A stretch of DNA of 64,000 bases, from positions 9,528 to 73,527 of the forward strand of contig JBIINW010000001.1 of the NCBI GenBank assembly GCA_044337245.1, in the 5' to 3' direction. A model generated the notes under the pieces. The model had not been told where the DNA came from and did not search any database. It saw only the letters and a list, made by a program, of their open reading frames with translations. Source of the DNA: Sediminibacterium sp. GTDB taxonomy: Bacteria > Bacteroidota > Bacteroidia > Chitinophagales > Chitinophagaceae. Below are positions 9,718-18,614 of the stretch, piece after piece. The position numbers and the translations under genes are program-made. Numbering within the stretch: position 1 is the stretch's first letter; each line of letters starts with the position of its first letter.

Positions 9718-10743
9718 ATGAAACGGAAAGCATTTATCCAACAAAGTGTACTGACTACTGGTGGCTTGATATTATTGAAAGACACCCTTGCTCGGGATAA
9801 GGGAAAAGTTTTTGGTCATAATAATATTACGTATCGGCTGGATGAAAAATGGGGACAATTAGATACGAATGTACATCCGGTAAATGATTGTCACGAAATG
9901 GTGCAGGATAGCCGGGGCAGAATCATATTACTCACGAATGAAACGAAGAACAATGTGCTAATTTATAGTAAATCGGGCAGGTTACTTAGTTACTGGGGTA
10001 CAGAATATCCGGGGGCACATGGGTTAACAATTCAAAGGAATGGACGAGAAGATTTTTTATTTATCACCGATACGCAGTTGCACCAAGTATATAAAACGAC
10101 TAATAAAGGCAAGAAGCTATTAACTATTGATGTGCCCCTTGATGCGGGTATTTATAAAAATAAAGAGGAATTTGTACCTACCGAAACTACTGTATTAGAA
10201 AATGGAGAGTTTTACGTGGCAGATGGATATGGGGCGCAGTATATTTTACATTACGATGCGAATGGTAAACTGAAAAACTATTTCGGAGGGCGTGGAAAGG
10301 AAGATTATCATCTGGACAATGCCCATGGCATCACCCTAGATACTCGTTCTGGTTCCCCTACCCTGCTGATAACAGATAGAACACGTGCCTGCTTTAAACG
10401 ATTTTCGTTAGAAGGAAAATTGCTCGAGATTATACATATCCCCGGGGCAGCGGTTTGTCGTCCGGTTATTAAGGGCAAATATTTGTATGCAGCGGTTTTA
10501 CGATCTCCCAATCTGGATAAATCGAATTCCGGTTTTGTAACCATCCTGAATGAAAACAACCAGGTAGTATCCAATATAGGTGGCACAGAACCCATCTATG
10601 AAAATGGAAAATTACAACCGCTTGCACAGGCAGATCCGATTTTTAAACACCCGCATGATGTTTGTGTAGATGAAGACGATAATATTTATGTGGCTCAGTG
10701 GGCTTCGGGAAAAGTGTATCCGTATAAGTTGAAGCGGGTGTAA
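9718..10743 (+). CDS. NHL-repeat six-bladed beta-propeller (peptidylglycine amidating lyase-like)
   Basis: Tat-like leader MKRKAFIQQS. AHGL, YVADGYG, AHGI and HPHDVCVD blade motifs. Confidence 0.8.
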   Translation: MKRKAFIQQSVLTTGGLILLKDTLARDKGKVFGHNNITYRLDEKWGQLDTNVHPVNDCHEMVQDSRGRIILLTNETKNNVLIYSKSGRLLSYWGTEYPGAHGLTIQRNGREDFLFITDTQLHQVYKTTNKGKKLLTIDVPLDAGIYKNKEEFVPTETTVLENGEFYVADGYGAQYILHYDANGKLKNYFGGRGKEDYHLDNAHGITLDTRSGSPTLLITDRTRACFKRFSLEGKLLEIIHIPGAAVCRPVIKGKYLYAAVLRSPNLDKSNSGFVTILNENNQVVSNIGGTEPIYENGKLQPLAQADPIFKHPHDVCVDEDDNIYVAQWASGKVYPYKLKRV

Positions 10744-10864
10744 ACAAAAAATTATCCATAGACAATTTCAAGTTCCTATTTTTTTAAATTATGATAGATA
10801 AACGCTATAGTAAATCCCACTATAATATAAATTAAAAATTTAATAAATTTTTTCATCGCATTTT

Positions 10865-11608
10865 CTAATTTAAACGATACTGTTTTTTTAGTGTTTTACT
10901 TAATAGTAAGCATTGATTCTGTAATCTTTTAGCCATATTGACTTTTCTCAATGCCCCTCCCTTTACATATTGAAGTCGAATAATCACCGTATTAATAGCT
11001 CCCTCATCTTCAGAAATCAACTGTGGATTATTGATTGGCTTTATTATTTCATTATTGTCGTTGAGCATAGCATAGAAAACTCTTCCATCAAACAATTTTT
11101 CTAACACATAAGATGCTTCCTCAATTCGAACAGTACTCCGCTCTAGGAAATATTCGAATTCTCTACCGTTCTTATCGTACTCCATAATTTTTTTTGCAAT
11201 ATCATCTTTGTCAATTAATCGAAGATTTCCTGCAAATTTTAATTGGTTCAAAGTGCCCTCACTTAAAACTATATTACTTGCTCTTATTATTTGGCGAGCA
11301 AAATAGTAAGCCTGATTTCCATCTTTTTTGTAGGTTTTATGAACAAATATTTGTAGTAATGAATCCAAACTTTTGATCTCCCTTTCCCCAGTTGTTATAA
11401 AAGCAGATAAAGAAATAGAGTCTGCTAATAAATCTTGTTGCATTTGTACAACATACTTTTTTTCACGTTGATTTTCAATATAATGCTCAAGTTGTAATTC
11501 CGCCAGTGAGCCACAAAAAACGGCCAAAAAGAGCATGAAAAATTCCCAGAAATACTCTTTCCACACTTTTTTATGAGCATTCCCATGAGAATGGTGATGA
11601 ACTTCCAT
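10865..11608 (-). CDS. Uncharacterised membrane-anchored protein, MEVHH family (copy A)
   Basis: His-rich N-terminus, WKEYFWEFFMLFLAVFCG transmembrane segment, TLNQLKFAGNLRLI. Confidence 0.8.
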   Translation of the reverse strand: MEVHHHSHGNAHKKVWKEYFWEFFMLFLAVFCGSLAELQLEHYIENQREKKYVVQMQQDLLADSISLSAFITTGEREIKSLDSLLQIFVHKTYKKDGNQAYYFARQIIRASNIVLSEGTLNQLKFAGNLRLIDKDDIAKKIMEYDKNGREFEYFLERSTVRIEEASYVLEKLFDGRVFYAMLNDNNEIIKPINNPQLISEDEGAINTVIIRLQYVKGGALRKVNMAKRLQNQCLLLSKTLKKQYRLN

Positions 11609-11623
11609 TGGTTCGGTTTTATA

Positions 11624-12367
11624 TTATAAATTATACTTCTTTTCTAAAAAAATAATCAACCCTGTCGCTTTTTCCTTTTGCTGGATTAAATACTCTCTGT
11701 TAACCTTCAAAATCAGCAAAGAACGTGCTAAATGTCCAAAAAATAATTGAAGTTGCGCCGGTTGAATTGAAAGGGGCGGCAAATCTTTTCTCAATAATTT
11801 TCTTTTAGAAAGGTCTAAATAAGTTGAATCAGCAAATACCCAAGCCTGAAATATCGAATACCCTATCTTCCATATTTCATCAGTGCTATTTTGTATAAAT
11901 TCGTTATGATAAACAATTAGTTCGGACCTTTTATCATAACTTAAGAGGCTGTCGCTTACCTCTTTTTTATTGACCAACCTAAGATTACCTGAACTTTTCA
12001 ATTGTACAAGGGTAGCATCATTGGGACGAAAAATTGGATTAGAAGCACCCTCAATAAATCTCTCGTAAAACTCGATGTCATAAGCATGTGTAGACAAATC
12101 CTGTTTGCCTAGTTGCAAAAGCGAGTACCAGGCATCTGACTTTACCAGATTACGCTCAATTACTTTACGAATATCCGCTGTATCAGATCGAAGATTTTGA
12201 ATGAAACTGGCAATGTATTCTTTTTCCCTATGTCGTTCAATATAAGTCTCGCGAATATTTTCGGCAACAAATCCTAAAAATACCGCCAAAAACAACATCA
12301 GAAATTCCAAAAAATATTCTTTCCATTTTTTTTTATGACTTAGATGATGAGGATGATGTACTTCCAT
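11624..12367 (-). CDS. Uncharacterised membrane-anchored protein, MEVHH family (copy B)
   Basis: Same 247-aa length and motifs as copy A: MEVHH, WKEYFLEFLMLFLAVFLG, TLVQLKSSGNLRLV. Confidence 0.8.
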   Translation of the reverse strand: MEVHHPHHLSHKKKWKEYFLEFLMLFLAVFLGFVAENIRETYIERHREKEYIASFIQNLRSDTADIRKVIERNLVKSDAWYSLLQLGKQDLSTHAYDIEFYERFIEGASNPIFRPNDATLVQLKSSGNLRLVNKKEVSDSLLSYDKRSELIVYHNEFIQNSTDEIWKIGYSIFQAWVFADSTYLDLSKRKLLRKDLPPLSIQPAQLQLFFGHLARSLLILKVNREYLIQQKEKATGLIIFLEKKYNL

Positions 12368-12745
12368 ATAAATACAATTGATTAAATAGTTAATAGGCTG
12401 GTATTAAAACATACAACGAGTGGAGGGCATCGCTTCTTTTTTAAAAACAATTACCATTGAATGACTAAAATACAATAAATCCCCAAAAATATGTCAGTTA
12501 GTAAGAGCCAACCAGATTAATTTTGTATAACTTTCTATAGAACAAACATAACTATAGACTTAAAAATATGCCTAAAGCAATTATAGGAGTTGATTATCAT
12601 AGACTTAAAAATGAATCAGGGGTAATTCGATTCTATGATACGATAGATATTGCGGATTGGAAATAGTAAAATGTACCTTTACTTTTAAAATCAACTGAGG
12701 TAAAAAATTAAAAGGTATTCTTCAGTTAATCAACCGATAATTATT

Positions 12746-14089
12746 ATGGGAAAAATTATCCTCTTACAAAATTGTACCCTTGTAAATGAAGGAAAGATAC
12801 AGCAAGCAGATTTGCTGGTGCAAGATGGGGTTATCCAACAAATTGGTATCCTTACCAACCATGCGGCAGACAGGGTAATCGATGGTACCGGTCAATTTCT
12901 GCTACCAGGAATCATAGACGGGCAAGTACATTTTCGTGATCCCGGACTTACCCACAAGGGCGATATCCATTCGGAGAGTAGGGCTGCGGTTGCGGGCGGG
13001 GTAACCTCGTATATTGATATGCCCAACACTAAGCCCAACGTACTTTCTCTGGAAATTCTTCAGGAGAAGTATCGCATTGCCGCCGAAAAATCATTGGCGA
13101 ATTTTGGATTTTTTCTAGGTGTGAACGACGATAATATTGATGAAGTGATTCAGCTGGATACCTCCGGATTGCTGGCAGTTTCTGATGATGGACTTTACTT
13201 TACCAAAAAGGGAAATTTATTGGCAGACAATCCAGCCACACTGGAAAAACTTTTCGCCCATTGCCATTCAATTATTGCCATCCATTCGGAGAAAGAACAG
13301 TTGATTGAAGCCAATGAAGCATTGTATCGGGAGAAATGGGGAGAAAATATTCCTGCCTCCTGTCACCCACTTATCAGAAGCGAACAGGCCTGTTATGAGG
13401 CAACGGAAAGGGCCATTCGACTTGCGAATGAATATGGAGCCCGACTACATATCCTGCACCTAACTACCGAAGCAGAAACCCATCTGTTTCGAAATGATAT
13501 CCCACTCCAGCAGAAAAAAATTACTACAGAAGTTTCCGTGCACCATCTCTGGTTTTCGGATAAGGACTATGAGCGCCTGGGTATGTTAATCAAGTGGAAT
13601 CCGGCTATCAAAACGCAGAAAGACAAAGAAGGATTGCTGCGGGCGTTGATAGACGACCGCATTGATCTGGTAACCACCGACCATGCCCCGCATACCCTGG
13701 AGGAAAAACAACAACCCTATTTCCAGTCTATGTCGGGGGCACCCATGGTGCAACATTCCCTAAATGTGATGCTGGAATTTTATAAACAGGGAAAAATTTC
13801 TTTAGAGAAGATTGTAGAAAAAATGTGTCACAACCCTGCAATACTCTATCACATAGAAAAGAGAGGTTTTATTCGCGAAGGGTATTATGCCGATTTGGTA
13901 TTGGTAAATATGGATGCCCCGTGGACGGTAAGTAAAGAAAATATTTTATACAAATGTGGTTGGTCGCCGCTGGAGGGAACGGCTTTCAATACCCAAGTAA
14001 CCCACACTTTAGTAAATGGACATTTGGTATATGAGCTGGGGGTATTTGATGAGGGGCAAAAGGGAATGGCGTTGGTTGTGAGCCGGTAA
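12746..14089 (+). CDS. pyrC: Dihydroorotase (amidohydrolase family, Bacteroidota type)
   Basis: PGIIDGQVHFRDPG, AAVAGGVTSYIDMPNT, KWNPAIK and TTDHAPH motifs. Confidence 0.85.
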   Translation: MGKIILLQNCTLVNEGKIQQADLLVQDGVIQQIGILTNHAADRVIDGTGQFLLPGIIDGQVHFRDPGLTHKGDIHSESRAAVAGGVTSYIDMPNTKPNVLSLEILQEKYRIAAEKSLANFGFFLGVNDDNIDEVIQLDTSGLLAVSDDGLYFTKKGNLLADNPATLEKLFAHCHSIIAIHSEKEQLIEANEALYREKWGENIPASCHPLIRSEQACYEATERAIRLANEYGARLHILHLTTEAETHLFRNDIPLQQKKITTEVSVHHLWFSDKDYERLGMLIKWNPAIKTQKDKEGLLRALIDDRIDLVTTDHAPHTLEEKQQPYFQSMSGAPMVQHSLNVMLEFYKQGKISLEKIVEKMCHNPAILYHIEKRGFIREGYYADLVLVNMDAPWTVSKENILYKCGWSPLEGTAFNTQVTHTLVNGHLVYELGVFDEGQKGMALVVSR

Positions 14090-14228
14090 AAAAATCAGGT
14101 GGTGGCCACGAATGGAATTCTTGCTGGCATGCAGGGAATCAATAATCTACCACCTCAAAAATGGGAGATAACAAAATAGTAAGTCCTCAAATAGAGCACA
14201 CTCATCATCACTCTCACGCTGTAATTTG

Positions 14229-14300
14229 TGGCCTCGCCAAGAATCGAACTTGGATCTGGAGCTTCGGAAACTCTTATACTATCCATTGTACTACGAGGCC
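14229..14300 (-). tRNA. tRNA-Arg(CCG), intact copy
   Basis: Minus strand folds as GGCCTCG TA GTAC AATGGATA GTAT A AGAGT TTCCGAA GCTCC AGAT CCAAG TTCGATT CTTGG CGAGGCC A. Anticodon CCG; CCA is not encoded. Confidence 0.93.
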
Positions 14301-14306
14301 GGGGTG

Positions 14307-14314
14307 CAAAAGTA
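14307..14314 (-). promoter_or_regulatory. Bacteroidota sigma-A -7 box upstream of the intact tRNA
   Basis: TACTTTTG on the minus strand matches TAnnTTTG, 6 bp before the tRNA 5' end. Confidence 0.7.
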
Positions 14315-14509
14315 ATATTTCGGCGCTAATTCCTTGCTTATTTCGGTATGATAAGCGGTTTTCTACTTAAATTAAGTAATAGTCGTGGAAATGGAACCCA
14401 ACACACCCCCTTAACTGAGATATTAATACAATTTCCCGGAGGGGGCGGGAACCAAAAAATTCACTCTCCCAATATTTCACACTCACCCCCACTCTCAAAC
14501 TGTATTGTG

Positions 14510-14601
14510 TGGCCTCGCTAAGAATCCCTGCCTGCCGGCAGGCAGGGAACTTGGATCTGGAGCTTCGGAAACTCTTATACTATCCACTGTACTACGAGGC
14601 C
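14510..14601 (-). pseudogene. tRNA-Arg(CCG) second copy, disrupted by a 20-bp palindrome in the T-loop
   Basis: Identical to 14229-14300 except for the insertion at 14527-14546, a T-stem substitution (CTTGG to CTTAG) and one D-loop substitution. Confidence 0.88.
14527..14546. mobile_element. Ultra-short perfect palindromic insertion CCTGCCTGCCGGCAGGCAGG
   Basis: Absent from the paralogous tRNA copy. Inserted at the centre of TC^GA with no target-site duplication. Mobility is inferred. Confidence 0.75.
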
Positions 14602-14608
14602 GGGAGTG

Positions 14609-14616
14609 CAAAAGTA
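14609..14616 (-). promoter_or_regulatory. Bacteroidota -7 box upstream of the disrupted tRNA copy
   Basis: TACTTTTG on the minus strand, duplicated together with the tRNA. Confidence 0.65.
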
Positions 14617-14724
14617 ATATTTCGGCGCTAATTCCTTGCTTTTTTCGGTGCGACAGGTGGTTTTCTACTTAAATCAGGTACTATCAGAGGGAAGAAAACC
14701 AGCTCCCGCCTTAATTGATATCAT

Positions 14725-15879
14725 TTATAGCATTTCCTGGAGGGCAGCGGGTAAAAAAACGCGGGTGGGCACACTGGTCATGATGGAGAAATCATCCCCT
14801 AGAGATGACTGATTATCTAAAAACCGGAAAATACGTTGTACCGGATTCTTCCGGAAAATGGCAGCGAAAATCTGATCACCTGCCATCCGTTCATTGCTGA
14901 GTACATTCAATAAAACACTATCATATAAACGGTTTTTTTGCGTTGAAAAACTTATAGGGGATGAGTTTACATTGCCCGCCTTCATGAATCGAACCATTTC
15001 ATCGGCCTTTTTTTGTATAAACTGAAATGCATACCCACTGCTGGCTTTTACCTGTCCGCCCGCAGTTCCGATATACCTAACCGGCCCCTCTTGTTGCGTA
15101 AAGCGATGATTCGTCATGGGAATAACACCCCCTTCGATATGTTCAATAGTATAGGAATCTTGGGTGATGTATTGCTCTATATAACTTCGCAAGGCTTCAT
15201 CATAGGCTTCTACAGAAAGCAGGTCACCCGAAAACAACGTATATTCTACCAAAGCTTTTCGCTTAGTTACGGGTAAAACATATACAAAAGTGGTACCTGC
15301 TTGCTGACTCACCCGAAAGTCCATAAAAGTAGCCATATCAGGTTGAAAACAATCCTGGGAGGTTTCTATGAGCCAGCCCTTAAAGTGCTGCAATAAATGA
15401 TAGGCACCTGATTGGTTGGCCGAAAGGCTGGTTTCTGTAAACAGGATACTATTTACCACAAAAGGGGCAGTAACATTTCCGGAAGCAAGCTGAACAGTAG
15501 CGATGCCATTGAAATGGGTGATACCAAGCACCTGTTCGGTTTTCCAGGTGATCAGGGGGCGGGTAGCGGCCAATTCCTGCACTCGAGTGTAAAGGTCTAT
15601 TCCACGTATCATCTTATACTGATAAGGAGCCAGTGGGGCTGCAACAGAAAATCCGTTCGAATGAAATTCCAACTGATTCCAACGATGAAAAACAATCGAC
15701 TCAAAAATACCCGGCTGCTGCTCCCAGAAACACCAGGTTCGGTCGTTGGTATTTTTTGCAGCAGCATCTATCACCAATATTTTTTTATCGGCAAAAAAAT
15801 CATCCAGCATCATGCGCATCAGCACACTCATACCTGCACAACCGGCACCAGTAATAATATAGTCGTAGTTTGTATTCAA
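14725..15879 (-). CDS. crtY: Lycopene beta-cyclase
   Basis: YDYIITGAGCAGMS dinucleotide-binding motif, NDRTWCFWE, IGTAGGQVKASSGY; lies in the carotenoid cluster. Confidence 0.88.
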   Translation of the reverse strand: MNTNYDYIITGAGCAGMSVLMRMMLDDFFADKKILVIDAAAKNTNDRTWCFWEQQPGIFESIVFHRWNQLEFHSNGFSVAAPLAPYQYKMIRGIDLYTRVQELAATRPLITWKTEQVLGITHFNGIATVQLASGNVTAPFVVNSILFTETSLSANQSGAYHLLQHFKGWLIETSQDCFQPDMATFMDFRVSQQAGTTFVYVLPVTKRKALVEYTLFSGDLLSVEAYDEALRSYIEQYITQDSYTIEHIEGGVIPMTNHRFTQQEGPVRYIGTAGGQVKASSGYAFQFIQKKADEMVRFMKAGNVNSSPISFSTQKNRLYDSVLLNVLSNERMAGDQIFAAIFRKNPVQRIFRFLDNQSSLGDDFSIMTSVPTRVFLPAALQEML

Positions 15880-15909
15880 TGAAAGAAAATTTGTTAGCTG
15901 GTAGGAAAA

Positions 15910-16377
15910 TCAGTGTTGTTGCAGTTGCTCATCCCTTTTTACTTTTTCCCAGTACTCGCGGGCAACCCATAACATACCAAAGCTTTCGCCTTCTTCCTTT
16001 CCCAAATGCTTGTGGTGCATTTTATGGGCCCAGCGGATCACTTTAATATATCGATTGTTGCTGCGTGAAAATAATTTGAACCGCTGGTGTATGATGATCT
16101 CATGTACCAAAAAATAAGCAAACCCATACATGGCTATACCAAAACCTATACCAACCGCCCAGTAATTGCCCTTCATGCTGCCGAGCATAATGCAAAGCCA
16201 GCTGGGTATGGCAAAAATCAAAAAGAAAGCATCATTTTTTTCGAAAAATCCTTCTTCTTTTTGGTGATGGTCTTTATGCAAATACCACAGAAACCCATGC
16301 ATCACATACCGATGGGTAAGCCATGTAACTGGCTCCATTACTAAAAATGTTAACAGGGCAACCAAAACGTAGATCAT
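15910..16377 (-). CDS. crtZ: Beta-carotene hydroxylase
   Basis: His boxes HRYVMHG, HKDHH, HEIIIHQR and HKMHH, plus FEKNDAF. Confidence 0.92.
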   Translation of the reverse strand: MIYVLVALLTFLVMEPVTWLTHRYVMHGFLWYLHKDHHQKEEGFFEKNDAFFLIFAIPSWLCIMLGSMKGNYWAVGIGFGIAMYGFAYFLVHEIIIHQRFKLFSRSNNRYIKVIRWAHKMHHKHLGKEEGESFGMLWVAREYWEKVKRDEQLQQH

Positions 16378-17066
16378 AGCGTATAAAAAGTTCGGATGGC
16401 GAAAAAGAACAAAATCTGTATAAACAACAAATTTACAGCGAATTGGTTTACTTTTTTAAAGCCACTCTGCTGGAAAACCAGCATCAACAGGGCACTGATG
16501 ATAAACCAGCACACATAATTGAAAATGGGAATGCTCCCCTGCAGCCAGGTCCAATACCCCAATTTTACCGCTGCAGGCTCTAGAAACCAGTCAAATAAGG
16601 TAGCCAGCAAAGCCGAATCTACAATCAATGAAAATTGCAACCAGCGCTCGGGAATCTGTTCCGAACTTGGGCCTATCCATTGCAATAATTTTTCATGCAC
16701 CAACATCATACATTGACCACTACACCAAACTACCAAAAACCAGTTTACCCCTATCAAAAAGGGCACCCCCTTTACTCCGGTACCCAACAAGGTACCATAT
16801 CGATACTCCCCAAATAGTAGACCAGTATTCACCCCAATCATTTCAGTAATCATACCCACTCCAAATGCCAGCAGAGCAAACCAATAAAATTTGGCAGTTC
16901 TTTCATTATTGGTCCACAATAATAAACCCAACATTACACAAAGGTTTACTGGCGTCATTTGTATAAACCAATCGCTGTAAGTGCCGGTAATCATACCCAG
17001 CACCCCGCTCACATGAAAGAGCAGGGCAACAGACGTAGCGATGATAAATTTAGACTGACCCTCCAT
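16374..17066 (-). CDS. cruF: Carotenoid 1,2-hydratase (CruF/DUF422 family)
   Basis: EMIGVNTGLLFGEYRYG, GVPFLIGVNW, DWFLEPAAVKLGYWTW and PIFNYVCW motifs. ATGA overlap with crtZ. Confidence 0.8.
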   Translation of the reverse strand: MEGQSKFIIATSVALLFHVSGVLGMITGTYSDWFIQMTPVNLCVMLGLLLWTNNERTAKFYWFALLAFGVGMITEMIGVNTGLLFGEYRYGTLLGTGVKGVPFLIGVNWFLVVWCSGQCMMLVHEKLLQWIGPSSEQIPERWLQFSLIVDSALLATLFDWFLEPAAVKLGYWTWLQGSIPIFNYVCWFIISALLMLVFQQSGFKKVNQFAVNLLFIQILFFFAIRTFYTL

Positions 17067-17075
17067 ACTATAAAA

Positions 17076-18614
17076 TTAATGCAGGGAATCAACAATATTG
17101 AGTATCTCCAATTGTTTTTGCCAGATGATTTTTTCTGTGATGGCTGCGCTGCTTAAACAAAGCGGTATACCACCTCCGGGGTGCACACTTCCGCCTACGA
17201 AATACAATCCGGGAATCTGATTACTGAAATTCGGGTGCCGCAAAAAAGCCGCCAGCTTCGAGTTAGAGCTGGTGCCATATAAAGAACCACTATACGAATC
17301 GGTGAGAGATTCTATACTTACCGGATCGGCAACGGTTTCGGAAACAATCAAATCTTCTACCGAAATACCCAATATCCTACTCAGTTTTGCAATAATTCGT
17401 TCCCGCGATTGCTGGCGAAATAGTTCCCAATCCTGACCTACATTGGCAGGAACATTAATCATCACAAACCAGTTTTCCATTCCTTCGGGAGCCTGCACAC
17501 CCGGTTCGCACTTAGAAGTGATATTAATATACACGGTAGGATCTTCGTACAAGGTTTTGTGTTTGAACAAATGGGTAAACTCTGATTGATAGTTGCCGGA
17601 GAAAAAGATATTGTGCAGCGATAGTTGCGGAAAACTTTTCCGTATACCCCAGTAAAAAATCATAGCACTGCTACTGCGTTCTTGTTGCAGAATTTTTTTA
17701 GCTGCTACTGGTTGTTGCAATAAACGCAGGTAAGTAAAATAAACATCCACATTGCTAATTACCCAATTGGCGGGAACTACTTCACCTCCTACTTCTACGC
17801 CGGCTGCTTTCCCTTCGGATAAGATGATTCGGGTAACGGGACGATCGAAATAAAACTCCACACCCAGTTTTACGGCTAACCGATGTAATGCTCGGGTAAT
17901 AGTAATCATTCCACCCTTCGGATAAAAACTCCCCTCATTATGTTCTAGGTGCGAAATCATAGTAAGCATGCCGGGGGCACTGTAGGGATTACTGCCGTTG
18001 TAAGTGGCATATCTGTCGAACAACTGCACCGTTTTCGGATTTCGAAAAGATGATTGGTTGAGGGAATGCATGGAACGAAACAAATGCTTCCAGCTGGTGG
18101 CAGCAATGGCTGGGCCTATAGCAGCATCCTGCAAGGTAGATGACTTGTGCAGCGAATGCGTTAAAAATATATTACCAACCTGTTTGAATAAGCGATTGGC
18201 TTTTTGCAGGTAGCTCATGATATCCGACTCTTTTTCTCCATGCTTTAACGCCAGTTCCAATGCCAATAATTCTTTATCTGCATAGGCTTTCACCATTGGG
18301 CCATCTTCATAAAAATAATGGCAGGATACCGGTAATTTTTCATAACTGAAATAAGCCTCTATAGGTTCTCCGGCCAAAGCAAACAATTCTTCTATTAGGT
18401 GAGGGCGGGTAAATAAACTGGGGCCTGCATCAAACTGAAAGCCATCTTTTTCAAAATGATGCAGTTTGCCTCCGGGGAAGGAATTTTTTTCAAATACTTT
18501 TACCTGAAATCCTCGGCAAGCCATTCGGATAGCGGTTGCCAAACCGGCCACACCGGCACCGATAACAATTACTTGTTGCTCTTTAGGTAAGAGAGGAGTA
18601 GATTTTTTTTTCAT
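17076..18614 (-). CDS. crtD: 1-hydroxycarotenoid 3,4-desaturase
   Basis: GAGVAGL FAD motif, FDAGPSLFT, FDRYATYNGS and GGSVHPGGGIPLCLSSA. Second desaturase in the cluster, beside cruF. Start moved to ATG 18614, overlapping the idi stop. Confidence 0.82.
   Translation of the reverse strand: MKKKSTPLLPKEQQVIVIGAGVAGLATAIRMACRGFQVKVFEKNSFPGGKLHHFEKDGFQFDAGPSLFTRPHLIEELFALAGEPIEAYFSYEKLPVSCHYFYEDGPMVKAYADKELLALELALKHGEKESDIMSYLQKANRLFKQVGNIFLTHSLHKSSTLQDAAIGPAIAATSWKHLFRSMHSLNQSSFRNPKTVQLFDRYATYNGSNPYSAPGMLTMISHLEHNEGSFYPKGGMITITRALHRLAVKLGVEFYFDRPVTRIILSEGKAAGVEVGGEVVPANWVISNVDVYFTYLRLLQQPVAAKKILQQERSSSAMIFYWGIRKSFPQLSLHNIFFSGNYQSEFTHLFKHKTLYEDPTVYINITSKCEPGVQAPEGMENWFVMINVPANVGQDWELFRQQSRERIIAKLSRILGISVEDLIVSETVADPVSIESLTDSYSGSLYGTSSNSKLAAFLRHPNFSNQIPGLYFVGGSVHPGGGIPLCLSSAAITEKIIWQKQLEILNIVDSLH

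Larger units (their letters stand above)
14185..14760. repeat. Diverged ~280-bp tandem duplication (about 14185-14460 and 14464-14760)
   Basis: Offset is 281 bp left of the insertion and 300-302 bp right of it. Flanks align, e.g. aagtaatatttcggcgctaattccttgct and ttttctacttaaat occur in both units. Confidence 0.85.

Noticed and set aside
14161-14370. 69-aa ORF spanning the first tRNA
   Set aside because: It runs antisense across a well-formed tRNA gene and has no protein features.
14185-14760. Repeats as a CRISPR array or prophage/ICE attachment site
   Set aside because: There are only two long units and no repeat-spacer pattern, cas gene or integrase. The whole tRNA plus upstream DNA is duplicated, not just its 3' end.
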